A stretch of 64,000 nucleotides of DNA from positions 64,001-128,000 of the forward strand of contig JBITAJ010000027.1 in assembly GCA_044440125.1 (NCBI GenBank), given 5' to 3'. The notes beneath the pieces are model-generated. The model had not been told where the DNA came from and made no database searches. It saw only the letters and a program-made list of their open reading frames with translations. How positions within the stretch are numbered: the stretch's first letter is position 1; each line of letters begins with the position of its first letter. This DNA comes from Sedimentisphaeraceae bacterium JB056. GTDB lineage: Bacteria; Planctomycetota; Phycisphaerae; Sedimentisphaerales; Sedimentisphaeraceae. Both the position numbers and the translations under genes were made by a program. This document shows positions 17,888 to 27,779 of this stretch, piece by piece.

Positions 17888-20749
17888 ATGAAGAAAATTT
17901 TGTTTGTATTAATTTTTGCATCGCTGGTGATGGCGAGTGACCCAAATCTGGTCAGTCATTGGAAATTCGATGAAGAAGATGGGACTGTGGCTTCTGATTC
18001 ACAGGGGTTCTACAATCTTGATGTTCATGGAACAGTGTCAGCGGGAAACTGGCAAGCCGGTAAATTCGGAAACAGTATCCATCTTGACGGAACATCAAAT
18101 TTCGTAGGGCTTGGTTCTGGAAGCGTCTATGATTTTGGCGGATTTGTTGATATGACCATTGCTTTCTGGGTAAAGCTGGACACAATTCCTTCTCCGGTAG
18201 CATATATATTTGACAACAGCTACAGTGGCTACAAGTCAAATCTGGTAATAGTAGGCGGAGATCAAATAAGGATACAATCTCCTGAAGGAGACGTTACAGG
18301 GCCCGGGGGAGTACTCCAGGCTGAAGTATGGCATCATATTGCTTTCGTTGCGAAAAATACCGATGATGATGGATTGTTTGATCTTGAAGTTTATATTGAT
18401 GGACAGTTTTATGTTGCAAAGAGAGATCTTGCCAGAAACACACAAAACAGATTTGGCTGGGCGGCGTTTGGAGCCAATGCAGCATTAAACGGCGGTAATA
18501 ACTTCTTATCAGGCTCTTTCGATGATCTTAGAATTTATGACAAACCAATGGTTACGCAGGATGTTGTTGATTTGTACAACGAAACTGTTGATACTGGTTT
18601 TGACGATCAGGCAGACCTTATGAGTCACTGGAAGCTGGACCAGACTGATGGAACCACTGTTTATGACTCTTTAGGTTTCTACAATCTTGATGTTCATGGT
18701 GAGCCGAATGATATTTGGCAGGCCGGTAATTTTGGCAATGGAATCGCTACCGATGGTGCTACCAACTATATAGGCTTCGGCACAGGCAGTGTTTATGATT
18801 TTGGCGGTTTCGATAATATGACAATTGCTTTCTGGTTGAAGCTTGACAGCGTTACTGGTCCGACTGCATGTATATGGGATAATTCATATAGTGGATATAA
18901 ATCAAACCTCTATCTTGTCGGCGGTGATCAGATAAGAGTCCAGTGGCAGGATGGTTATCTTACCGGTCCTGCGGGAATCCTCCAAGCTGACACATGGCAT
19001 CATGTAGCCTTTATCTCCAGAGATACCGATGATGATGGACTTCGTGATTTTGAGGTTTATGTTGATGGAGAGTTCTATATAAGCAAGACTGATCTGCCTC
19101 GTGATACAACCGGTAAATTTGGATGGGCTTCATTTGGAGCAAGTGGTACACATGTCGGCGGAGCTAATTTCTTAGACGGTTCATTTGATGATATAAGAAT
19201 CTATTCCAAACCTCTTAATACCTGGGAAGTAAGCAGTCTCTACGATACCGTTGTGGAACCAATGACTGCTTTTGACAACAAAAAAGATCTGGAACTTTAT
19301 TGGCGGTTTGACGAAACAGCAGGTGTCAACATCGCTGATTCCTCAGGACGTGATATTTATGGTAAAATGTTCAATGATTTCGGTGATGACAGCCAGTGGG
19401 TTGATGGGATTTACGGTAATGCCATTTCACTGGTCGGAAATCCGAATGATGGGACTCAGGATCAATGTGTTACATTTGATTCATACAATAACCAGTATGC
19501 GTTTGGCCCATTCTCGGATAAGACTCTTACTATGTGGATTCAGCCGCAAGTGTTTTCAGGGGTGCAATTCCTGTTGAGTACATCTGTAGGTGAATACCGC
19601 CTGTATTTATACTTATATGAGGATAAAGTAGCGTTGAAATATACAAAGACAGATGGGGCTACTCCGCAAATAGTTTCATCAACTCCTCTTGTAATAGGCA
19701 ACTGGTATCATATCGCACTTGTTTCACGCGAATTGAGTTCTCTGGAATGCACTATGCAGGTCTATCTTAATGGTGAAAGCATCATTAATGTGACAGATGC
19801 TAAAACATTCCCAAGCAATCGAATTAACAACATGAGCTTCTTCGGTCATATTGCCAGTTCAGCAACTGCCGACCATTCATCTTTTGAAGGTCTTGCAGAT
19901 GAGCTTCGTATATATGGGTATCCAATGGATTTCCTACAGGTACAGGAGATTTATTCTTACGGCTCAATTCTTGCCGGTGATATTAACAGAAACTGTGTTT
20001 GTGATCAGGAAGATTTGGCAATAACTACAGAGCTTTGGCTTGGTGATACTACTGATGTGGCGGCAACCGAATCTATGATGGAAGACGGAGACTTCGAGTC
20101 TTACGCCGATCAGGCTGCGTTGGAAAGTGATTGGGCTGACAATGGTCTGGCTGCTTCTGCCGGTGCTACAACTTCAAGCACGGTTACTCTATTGACTAAT
20201 CCTGCCGATACATTCAGCGGCAGCAAGGCAATGCGATGGACCTATGACTGTGTTGATACAAGCGGAAGTGCTATTCACTTCACAGAGCTTATTTATACAT
20301 TAGGCAGCAGTCTCAATTTGAGTCAATATGACCAAATGATTCTTTGGATCAAGCCGCATGTCGGTAACAGTCTTGAAGATGCCATGTACATTAAGTTCCT
20401 TGATGGCGGCACTTCTTCGATTGATGCTAAAGCATTTGCGATTCGTGAGAGGCTTAACGGCTCAACTTCTCAGGTTGCAGGTCAGTGGCAGCAGTGGGTG
20501 ATTGACTTAAATAATCTCCTCTATAATGTTGACGGCATAGATGATCTTTCTCAACTTACTGACATCAGGGGATTGTATCTTGGCTGCTATAGCGGAGCAG
20601 GTCAGGGCGTTATAGATATTGATGATATTACTTTGGTAAGTAATTCGCAATGTTCTATGAGTGTTGAGGCTGATATCAACGGTGACTGCATTGTTGATCT
20701 TGATGATTATTCAACGTTGGCTTCTGATTGGCTGAAGTCAAGTAAGTAA
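17888..20749 (+). CDS. Secreted protein: three LamG/ConA-like domains, a CBM11-like domain and dockerin-like EF-hand motifs
   Basis: Signal peptide; 3x (HWKFDE/HWKLDQ/YWRFDE...W(H/Y)H(I/V)A...D(D/E)(L/I)RIY); GDINRNCVCD..WL and ADINGDCIVDLDD..WL. Confidence 0.8.
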   Translation: MKKILFVLIFASLVMASDPNLVSHWKFDEEDGTVASDSQGFYNLDVHGTVSAGNWQAGKFGNSIHLDGTSNFVGLGSGSVYDFGGFVDMTIAFWVKLDTIPSPVAYIFDNSYSGYKSNLVIVGGDQIRIQSPEGDVTGPGGVLQAEVWHHIAFVAKNTDDDGLFDLEVYIDGQFYVAKRDLARNTQNRFGWAAFGANAALNGGNNFLSGSFDDLRIYDKPMVTQDVVDLYNETVDTGFDDQADLMSHWKLDQTDGTTVYDSLGFYNLDVHGEPNDIWQAGNFGNGIATDGATNYIGFGTGSVYDFGGFDNMTIAFWLKLDSVTGPTACIWDNSYSGYKSNLYLVGGDQIRVQWQDGYLTGPAGILQADTWHHVAFISRDTDDDGLRDFEVYVDGEFYISKTDLPRDTTGKFGWASFGASGTHVGGANFLDGSFDDIRIYSKPLNTWEVSSLYDTVVEPMTAFDNKKDLELYWRFDETAGVNIADSSGRDIYGKMFNDFGDDSQWVDGIYGNAISLVGNPNDGTQDQCVTFDSYNNQYAFGPFSDKTLTMWIQPQVFSGVQFLLSTSVGEYRLYLYLYEDKVALKYTKTDGATPQIVSSTPLVIGNWYHIALVSRELSSLECTMQVYLNGESIINVTDAKTFPSNRINNMSFFGHIASSATADHSSFEGLADELRIYGYPMDFLQVQEIYSYGSILAGDINRNCVCDQEDLAITTELWLGDTTDVAATESMMEDGDFESYADQAALESDWADNGLAASAGATTSSTVTLLTNPADTFSGSKAMRWTYDCVDTSGSAIHFTELIYTLGSSLNLSQYDQMILWIKPHVGNSLEDAMYIKFLDGGTSSIDAKAFAIRERLNGSTSQVAGQWQQWVIDLNNLLYNVDGIDDLSQLTDIRGLYLGCYSGAGQGVIDIDDITLVSNSQCSMSVEADINGDCIVDLDDYSTLASDWLKSSK

Positions 20750-20757
20750 AATTAATC

Positions 20758-20791
20758 TTATGGGGAAGGCATCGCCTTCCCCATAATTTTT
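20758..20791 (+). terminator. Intrinsic terminator
   Basis: ttatggggaaggc-atc-gccttccccataa (13-bp perfect stem) plus T tract. Confidence 0.8.
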
Positions 20792-20804
20792 CAGGATATA
20801 TTTT

Positions 20805-21974
20805 ATGAAAAAGAAGATCGCTTTAATAGTGTTACTGCTGAGCAGTAGTATTTTTGCCGTAGAGCTTACGACACGGACTTTTCTTGATTCGACTACAGGA
20901 CGGCAAATTCATGCCGTTGGTGCTGATGGTGCGAATACTTGTCATCAGTATTTTACGGCCCAAAGCTGGGACTCTACTTCTACGAAATTGGCACTGTTTA
21001 CGAATGTGCTTAATGGTTATGGCGATCTTGTTGTATTTGATACGGTTACCGAAGAAACAACCTATGTTGACAGAACAAGATATTATTTTGCGGTTGTTTC
21101 ACCGACCAATAAGCTGTATTACACAAAAGATGCTTATGTATATTGCTTTGATTTAGAAACCAATCAGAATACCTTGATTACGGTTCATCCCTTCGGCAAG
21201 GCTTTCTACGGTGTTCCATCGGTTTCAAATGACGGCACTATCATGACTGTCTATTGGCGTGATGCAGAGGACAGGCCTCGAAACATATCAACGATCAATA
21301 CTGTCACGGGGGCCTTCAATACTATAATTGTTTCTTCATATATCAAATCTGTTTTTGGCGATGACAGCATAGATCATCCGATGGTCAATCCTGTTTACAA
21401 GAATCTTTTTTTCTATTGCCGCAATACTCTTACGGGTTTGCCGCTTTCCGACAGAACATGGGTTTACGACCAAGATCTTGATGTGCATAAGAATATTTAT
21501 GAGCAGAAATATGTTGATGAAAGCCTTGGAGAGTATGTTGGTCATGAAATGTGGGCTTATAATGGAGAGAAATTGTATTTTGTAAAATACAACAGCAGTC
21601 CTATAAAGCCAACTGGTTTGATGTGGGTTGATAAGTGGAACAGTGACGAGTACGGCTACGTTAATGGAGATTATTCGTATCTCCATGCATCGGTAAGTCC
21701 TGATGAGAAATGGATGTCGGCAGATACTGCTTACGTTTTAGGTCCTGTGGAAAGAGAATCAGATGTTTGTCTCATAAATATGAAAACAAAAAAGTCGAAG
21801 ATATTAGCAAAGGTTGATACCTGGGTCGATCAGCCAGGGCATGTACATCCTTCATTCAGCCAGGACAGCAAGAAAGTTACTTTTACATTTGCTGATGAAA
21901 ACAACAATCTATGGGTTGGGTATATTGATATCAGCGGAACTTTACATCTTAAGAATCGAAAGTGTAATCCCTGA
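20805..21974 (+). CDS. Secreted oligogalacturonate lyase (PL22)-like beta-propeller protein
   Basis: Signal peptide; DSTTGRQI, HQYFTAQSW, DHPMVNP, GHEMW, HVHPSFS. Confidence 0.7.
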   Translation: MKKKIALIVLLLSSSIFAVELTTRTFLDSTTGRQIHAVGADGANTCHQYFTAQSWDSTSTKLALFTNVLNGYGDLVVFDTVTEETTYVDRTRYYFAVVSPTNKLYYTKDAYVYCFDLETNQNTLITVHPFGKAFYGVPSVSNDGTIMTVYWRDAEDRPRNISTINTVTGAFNTIIVSSYIKSVFGDDSIDHPMVNPVYKNLFFYCRNTLTGLPLSDRTWVYDQDLDVHKNIYEQKYVDESLGEYVGHEMWAYNGEKLYFVKYNSSPIKPTGLMWVDKWNSDEYGYVNGDYSYLHASVSPDEKWMSADTAYVLGPVERESDVCLINMKTKKSKILAKVDTWVDQPGHVHPSFSQDSKKVTFTFADENNNLWVGYIDISGTLHLKNRKCNP

Positions 21975-21994
21975 TACAACAGAGTAGAATAATG

Positions 21995-22037
21995 AAAAAC
22001 GGCATAGATTTTTAACATAATCCATGCCGTTTTTTTT
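21995..22037. terminator. Bidirectional terminator between convergent genes
   Basis: aaaaacggcatagatt / aatccatgccgttttt with A and T tracts on either side. Confidence 0.75.
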
Positions 22038-22051
22038 ATTTTGTAAAAAGC

Positions 22052-23455
22052 CTAATTCTTAAGCATTTTTCTAATTGTATTCAGTTCTTGTTTGTACTTG
22101 TTATGAAGCAGCTGATACATTATTGCGCTGATGAATATATTGAAGCCTATCGATATCAACGCTCCAATATTAAGAGTTGAAGCCTCAAACTCCTGGTATT
22201 CGCTTATCATTCTATCAGTCAGTGTTATTATGCTTCCTATCGGACTTACCGGAATGAAAAATCCAGCGTTATCTGAAAGCCCGCCTAATATTAGAGGCAG
22301 AATTAAATATATGGCGGCTAATGTTCCCGCCAGATAATAGATGTGGCTTGCTATTGTTTTGTACTGGGTAGCCGCCTCTCCCATTATTATTAGGAACATA
22401 AAGCCGGTGACTGCTGATAATAGGAGCAGAAGTATGGTCAGATCGAAACCGCCAGCCCAGAATAATATTCCTCCAAGCGAAACAGCCCATAGTGCTACCT
22501 GCAGGCTTGCGGTAAGCAGGTTCGATTCAGCTAAAAGCATTCCGAAGTTTACGGCGTTTCTTTTATGTGCTTTTCTTGATAATTCTTCAAGGAATATCGG
22601 CGCACTCTGCGTGCTGGACAAAACCGTTATTATTAGTAATGTCGCAGTTATGCTTACCATTGCTCCAACGATTTCTGTTTTTATGTCCGGGATGAAAAAA
22701 CCTGCATACAGCAGAAAGAATGTTATGTAGAATAATACCGCTCTCTTTCTGTTGAATAACGGATGCCGTTCTTTGGTGAATTTACGTACAATCGTTATGT
22801 GTGCCCAAAATGTTATCGCGAGCATCATAATTATGCTGGTCAGGACGACAGGTATGTCGAATGAGAAATAGTTTGTTTTTGTAAGGAACTTTTCGTTTTT
22901 GACAAGCTGAACCAGTCCTATACTCAGGGGCATCGAGAAGAATAGAAGTATAGCGATAAAGATGCCTATGCTTGCATTTTTATTGATCTTTGTGTTGAGC
23001 GTTGAACTTAGCAGTCCTAAATGTGTTAATGTGAAATATCCGCATATATACAGTGCAGTCAGGGCTAATATGTTGAGAGGCATCAAGATGGTTGTGCTTA
23101 AAAGTATAAGCAGAATCAAATTCAATATTCCGAGAATAAGCGGTGCGATATTTGCTCCAAATACAACCGCCCATGTCTTTTGTTTTGCTGACAGCGGCAG
23201 CATTCTGAAAAAATCATAAGACTTATTATTCAATTCGTTATTGATTACGTTCGAGCTTATGAATGCCGGCCAGAGAAAGAAAAATGCCATTTGGCAAAAA
23301 GCAGTGAAACCAAACATTGTGTCATTGAAATCATTCTTGAGTGCGACCATGGCGGTTACGAATAATAATGAAAAATATATCAATGCGTATATGCCAAAAC
23401 GTTTGAATTTCATTGTGGCCGTTATATAACGATTTGTAAGTGGATTAGCCTGCAT
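22052..23455 (-). CDS. Multi-pass membrane protein, probable ABC exporter permease
   Basis: About 12 TM segments; INNELNNKSYDFFRMLPLS (ABC-2-like loop); overlaps the ABC ATPase stop. Confidence 0.7.
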   Translation of the reverse strand: MQANPLTNRYITATMKFKRFGIYALIYFSLLFVTAMVALKNDFNDTMFGFTAFCQMAFFFLWPAFISSNVINNELNNKSYDFFRMLPLSAKQKTWAVVFGANIAPLILGILNLILLILLSTTILMPLNILALTALYICGYFTLTHLGLLSSTLNTKINKNASIGIFIAILLFFSMPLSIGLVQLVKNEKFLTKTNYFSFDIPVVLTSIIMMLAITFWAHITIVRKFTKERHPLFNRKRAVLFYITFFLLYAGFFIPDIKTEIVGAMVSITATLLIITVLSSTQSAPIFLEELSRKAHKRNAVNFGMLLAESNLLTASLQVALWAVSLGGILFWAGGFDLTILLLLLSAVTGFMFLIIMGEAATQYKTIASHIYYLAGTLAAIYLILPLILGGLSDNAGFFIPVSPIGSIITLTDRMISEYQEFEASTLNIGALISIGFNIFISAIMYQLLHNKYKQELNTIRKMLKN

Positions 23456-24419
23456 ATTGTACCTCCTTTTCTTCCGTTACCATAATCTCGCTGGCAGATG
23501 ATATCTCCATGAACAGCTCTTCAAGCTCTACCTTCTTTGCCGCAACAGCACAAACCTCGAATCCAGCCTCTATGAGATTTTTATTTATCTGTGCGAGTAT
23601 TTTATCTGTACCGTCATAATAAAATATAATTGTTGTGTCAGCGATGCTTTTAATTTCAGTTTCAGGTATTTGAACTATTATTTCAGCGGCAGCTTCAGGG
23701 CTTTCAATTACTTTAATCATTGCCTGGTATTTTTTGCCTTGCTTTCTTGTGATATCATCAACTGTACCGGATTCGATTATTTTGCCGTGATCCATGAACA
23801 CGACGTGGGAGCAGAAGCCTGATAGTTCGGTGAGTATATGTGATGATATGATGACCGTCTTGCCGAGGTTGCTTTGTTCTTTGAGTATGTTCCTCAGTAT
23901 GATGCGTGCTTGGGGATCGAGTCCGCTGGCCGGTTCATCAAGTAGGTAAACCTCAGGTTCCCATACAAGCATACATGCCAGACCGATTCGCTGAACCATA
24001 CCGCGTGAGAGTTCGGTGATATAACTGTCTGCTTTGTCACGCAGGTCAACTTTTCGCAAGACTTCTTCAATCTTGACTACGATATTCTCGGAAGGTACGT
24101 TATATGATTGAGCAAAGAAATTGAGGCACTCACGCAATGTGAGATCATTATAGAGTCCAAAGAAATCTGGGATGTATCCTACAATTTTTCGAACATCGAG
24201 ATAGTTTCTGGTTATATTCAGACCTGCTATCTTGCCATTGCCGCTGGTTGGCTCAAGCAGTGTTGCCAGCATTCTCAGCAGGGTGGTTTTGCCGGCTCCG
24301 TTAGGGCCTACAAGTCCGACTACACTTCCTTTTTCGATATTCAGATCGATATCATTAACTGCGACAAGCGAGCCGTATTCTTTGCGAAGCTTATCGAGTT
24401 CGATAATTGTCTCAGACAT
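23445..24419 (-). CDS. ABC transporter ATP-binding protein
   Basis: GPNGAGKTT, LSRGM, LLDEPASGLD, SSH. Confidence 0.93.
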   Translation of the reverse strand: MSETIIELDKLRKEYGSLVAVNDIDLNIEKGSVVGLVGPNGAGKTTLLRMLATLLEPTSGNGKIAGLNITRNYLDVRKIVGYIPDFFGLYNDLTLRECLNFFAQSYNVPSENIVVKIEEVLRKVDLRDKADSYITELSRGMVQRIGLACMLVWEPEVYLLDEPASGLDPQARIILRNILKEQSNLGKTVIISSHILTELSGFCSHVVFMDHGKIIESGTVDDITRKQGKKYQAMIKVIESPEAAAEIIVQIPETEIKSIADTTIIFYYDGTDKILAQINKNLIEAGFEVCAVAAKKVELEELFMEISSASEIMVTEEKEVQYAG

Positions 24420-24474
24420 ATCCTTCCTCCACTTTCTATTAAGTTTTTATGTTATGTGAATATTGTTGCAGTTT

Positions 24475-25770
24475 TCAAGATATTTCGAGTTTTGTAGGGT
24501 TGAGTGTTTTGAGTAATCCTATTCTGTTCGAACCTATCCTGGCCTCTATTTTAACGGTGTTTTCTTCGTAACTTTCGTCTGTTATCTCTGCATGTTTCCT
24601 CAGGTAGCTTTGGAGTTTCCCGTTGGCTATCTCGCATACTATCCGGATTGTCTTCTGTGCTCCATTGATCTTCTCTGCTATATCCGAAGCCACTTTGTCA
24701 AGGTTCAGGTTTGCCTTTGCAGAGATGGTTATTGAAGTCGGATAGAGAGTTTGCAGAGTTTCAAGGTCGACGATATTTTTTATGGCGTCGCACTTGTTGA
24801 GCAGTATCAGCATGTCCTTGTCTTTGCAGCCGATCTCTTCAAGTACGTTGTTGACGCTTTCTATTTGCTCAAACACTCTTTCATTGCTTGCATCGACAAC
24901 ATGAAGCAGTAGATCAGCGTTTACAGCTTCTGCGAGGGTTGCCTTGAATGATTCCACGAGCTGGTGGGGCAGCTTGCGTACAAATCCTACGGTGTCGCTC
25001 AGCAGTGCCTGTGCGCCGCTTTCGAGCTGCCAGCGTTTTGTTCTTGTGTCAAGAGTTGCGAAAAGTTTGTTTTCCGCCAACACACCGGCTTCGGTCACAG
25101 CATTCATAACGGTGCTTTTACCTGCGTTTGTATAGCCTACAAGGCATATTTTGAATGTGTTTTCCCGAGCATCGATTTCCCTGTTACGGCGTTTCTCTAT
25201 GATTGCCAGTTCCCGTTTCAGGTCGGTGATTCGTTTGTTTACGAGTCGCCTGTCAATTTCGAGCTGTTTCTCACCTGTACCCCTTGTACCTACGCCGCCG
25301 CTTGCTGCGCCTGCGGTCACTGTGTCAAGGTGCGACCACATTCGGGTGAGACGCGGATATGTGTATTCAAGTTGTGCAAGTTCTATCTGGAGCTTGGCTT
25401 GTTTCGTTCTTGCTCCATTTGCGAAGATGTCAAGTATGAGTTCACTTCGGTCTACCACTTGAGTGTCGAGCATTGCTTCGAGTGCTCTTATCTGACCGGG
25501 CGAAAGGTCATTGTCGAATATTACCATGTCGGCTTCAAACAACTCAACCCTGTCGGCAAGCATCTCAGCCTTGCCGCGACCAATATATGTTGCCGGATTA
25601 ACAAGTGATATTTTCTGTTGAAACCTGTCAACTATTACAGCTCCAGCAGTTTCGCTGAGAGAGGTGAGTTCTGTCAAATTATCGCTGTCTTTTTCGTATC
25701 CTTTCAATATAGCCCCAACGAGAATCACTCGTTTGCCTGATATTGAAAGCTGCTGTCGTATTGTATCCAA
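24475..25770 (-). CDS. hflX: Ribosome-splitting GTPase HflX
   Basis: GTRGTGEKQLEIDRR, GYTNAGKST, LFATLD, DTVGF, NKCD. Confidence 0.95.
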   Translation of the reverse strand: MDTIRQQLSISGKRVILVGAILKGYEKDSDNLTELTSLSETAGAVIVDRFQQKISLVNPATYIGRGKAEMLADRVELFEADMVIFDNDLSPGQIRALEAMLDTQVVDRSELILDIFANGARTKQAKLQIELAQLEYTYPRLTRMWSHLDTVTAGAASGGVGTRGTGEKQLEIDRRLVNKRITDLKRELAIIEKRRNREIDARENTFKICLVGYTNAGKSTVMNAVTEAGVLAENKLFATLDTRTKRWQLESGAQALLSDTVGFVRKLPHQLVESFKATLAEAVNADLLLHVVDASNERVFEQIESVNNVLEEIGCKDKDMLILLNKCDAIKNIVDLETLQTLYPTSITISAKANLNLDKVASDIAEKINGAQKTIRIVCEIANGKLQSYLRKHAEITDESYEENTVKIEARIGSNRIGLLKTLNPTKLEIS

Positions 25771-26028
25771 ATATAAAACCTTATTCTATCTATGTTTGCA
25801 TTTATGTTATGAGGTCAGCTTATTAACATTGAACATTCTGTTTGAATCTCAGATATAGTAATCCCTGAAATTAATCGAAGATTTTGACAAGATCGGCAGA
25901 TTTTTGCCTGTAACACAATGTTCAAGTCGTATTGTGACGAATAACGAAAAGATTTTATAATATATGTACCTGTTACGTCAAGTGTTATTTTGATTTATGA
26001 CTCTTGAAATGGATTTTTGACATAATAA

Positions 26029-26706
26029 TCAGTCTTTTGAGTCATCTTGGTGTGATGCCTGATTTTCAGTTGCAATATTTTCTTTATCCCTGCTGCGATT
26101 ATACCTTACTCTTCCAAGAAGGACTATCATTACCAGTATCCCGATAATTATTGATATGTATCCAACACAGTTGAGCATTTGGGTTGTGAACATCTCGAGT
26201 CCGCAAAACCCGTAATATACAACAAATTTATTCTGGAAAAGTCCCTCTGAATTGTCGATTCCCTTTATTACATCAAGTTTTATCACGTATTTACCGGGAC
26301 TTGGCAGAGACATCGGCAAAAGTGCTACAAAGCCGTCCCTGAGGGGCGTTTTCAATTCCTTGTCCACACTGCTTGAGAAGATCAGTTGTTTATTGTCATC
26401 GTAAGCGGTTATGCTGCAGCCGCCTTCAAAGGTTTTGATTGCTCTTTGGATTTGAGCTTTTTGAAGCTTGGTTTGATTGTTTGCCAGCAGTCCTAAAACG
26501 AGCTTATTGGGCAGGGAGTGTTCTGTATTGAATTCAATACTGTATGAACCGATATCAGAGGGATTGGCTTCAATAAACGCTATCGGTTTTCTTGCCTGTT
26601 CAAATGCATTTTTTTGGCTGGAGCCGGTCTTGAGCAGGAAAACACCCAATACGCAGACGATAATGCTCAATGTCCACAAGACAATTTTCAAAACATCTCT
26701 TACCAT
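26029..26706 (-). CDS. Hypothetical protein with N- and C-terminal transmembrane helices
   Basis: 225-aa ORF, two hydrophobic helices flanking a soluble region. Confidence 0.6.
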   Translation of the reverse strand: MVRDVLKIVLWTLSIIVCVLGVFLLKTGSSQKNAFEQARKPIAFIEANPSDIGSYSIEFNTEHSLPNKLVLGLLANNQTKLQKAQIQRAIKTFEGGCSITAYDDNKQLIFSSSVDKELKTPLRDGFVALLPMSLPSPGKYVIKLDVIKGIDNSEGLFQNKFVVYYGFCGLEMFTTQMLNCVGYISIIIGILVMIVLLGRVRYNRSRDKENIATENQASHQDDSKD

Positions 26707-26837
26707 AATACAGACTTTAAGTCAATAAACGACTCATAAATGTGCCGCAACATAAGCACTTCTAAACTACACCAGTCATAGATTGTAGTTAATTGAGCAA
26801 ATATAGTCAAATTATAAATAGGAGAGTTTCACCAATG

Positions 26838-27749
26838 TTATTTGGGTGATTTTCTTCGTCCGGGTTTTACGACCAGTTCAGGATTGGCATACATTACGGT
26901 ATTTCCCGGCTCAATAGCATCCTTAACCCATGTGTTGCCGGCAACAACTGCACCCTCACCGATAACAATGTCGCCAAGTATTGTTGCCTCAGCGTATATG
27001 GTGACATTGTCGCTTATAGTCGGATGACGTTTTTGTCCCTTTATAATATTGCCTCTTTCATCTTTCGGGAAGCTTATCGCACCAAGTGTTACACCCTGAT
27101 ATATCTTGACATTGTTGCCTATTATAGCCGTCTCGCCAATAACGACGCCTGTGCCGTGGTCGATAAAGAAATGTTCGCCTATATGTGCTCCCGGGTGGAT
27201 GTCAATACCTGTTGTCTGATGAGCATTCTCGCTCATTATACGGGGTATCATCGGCACATCGCTTTTGTAGAGCTCATGAGCTATTCTGTGAGTAGATATT
27301 GCTATAAGTCCGGGATAGCTGACGACTATTTCTTCAAAAGAATACGCTGCAGGGTCTCCATCATAGGCTGCCTGTATATCAGTCTTAAGAAGTTGACGTA
27401 TCTGGGGCAGGCTTTCTATGAGGTTATCTGTTATTATTTTTGAATCCTGAATGCATTTTGTACATTTTACCGTATGCTTTTGTGAGCATTCGTACATCAT
27501 TGCAAGCTGAATTTGCTTATAAAGGCGCTCACGTATCTCGCAGATAAGCCCGCCTATTACGTAGCTTACATTTTCGCGGGTTATCTTATAGCGTCCTGTA
27601 TATCCAGGGAACAATACTTCTTTTATCAGATCAAGACAATAAAGTATCTCATCACGGTGAGGAAGGTTTTTGACCTCGCTGAAATTAACACCTTTGCCGT
27701 CTTCATATGTTTTAACAATTGCTTCTACTATGTTTCCTGTATTTTCCAT
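26838..27749 (-). CDS. cysE: Serine O-acetyltransferase (EpsC/CysE-type)
   Basis: GDPAA, TGIDIHPGA, IDHGTGVVIGET, YQGVTLG, KRHPT; adjacent to cysK. Confidence 0.9.
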   Translation of the reverse strand: MENTGNIVEAIVKTYEDGKGVNFSEVKNLPHRDEILYCLDLIKEVLFPGYTGRYKITRENVSYVIGGLICEIRERLYKQIQLAMMYECSQKHTVKCTKCIQDSKIITDNLIESLPQIRQLLKTDIQAAYDGDPAAYSFEEIVVSYPGLIAISTHRIAHELYKSDVPMIPRIMSENAHQTTGIDIHPGAHIGEHFFIDHGTGVVIGETAIIGNNVKIYQGVTLGAISFPKDERGNIIKGQKRHPTISDNVTIYAEATILGDIVIGEGAVVAGNTWVKDAIEPGNTVMYANPELVVKPGRRKSPK

Positions 27750-27779
27750 CTTAAGGCTCCTTCAGGAGGTCAGTGTTTA

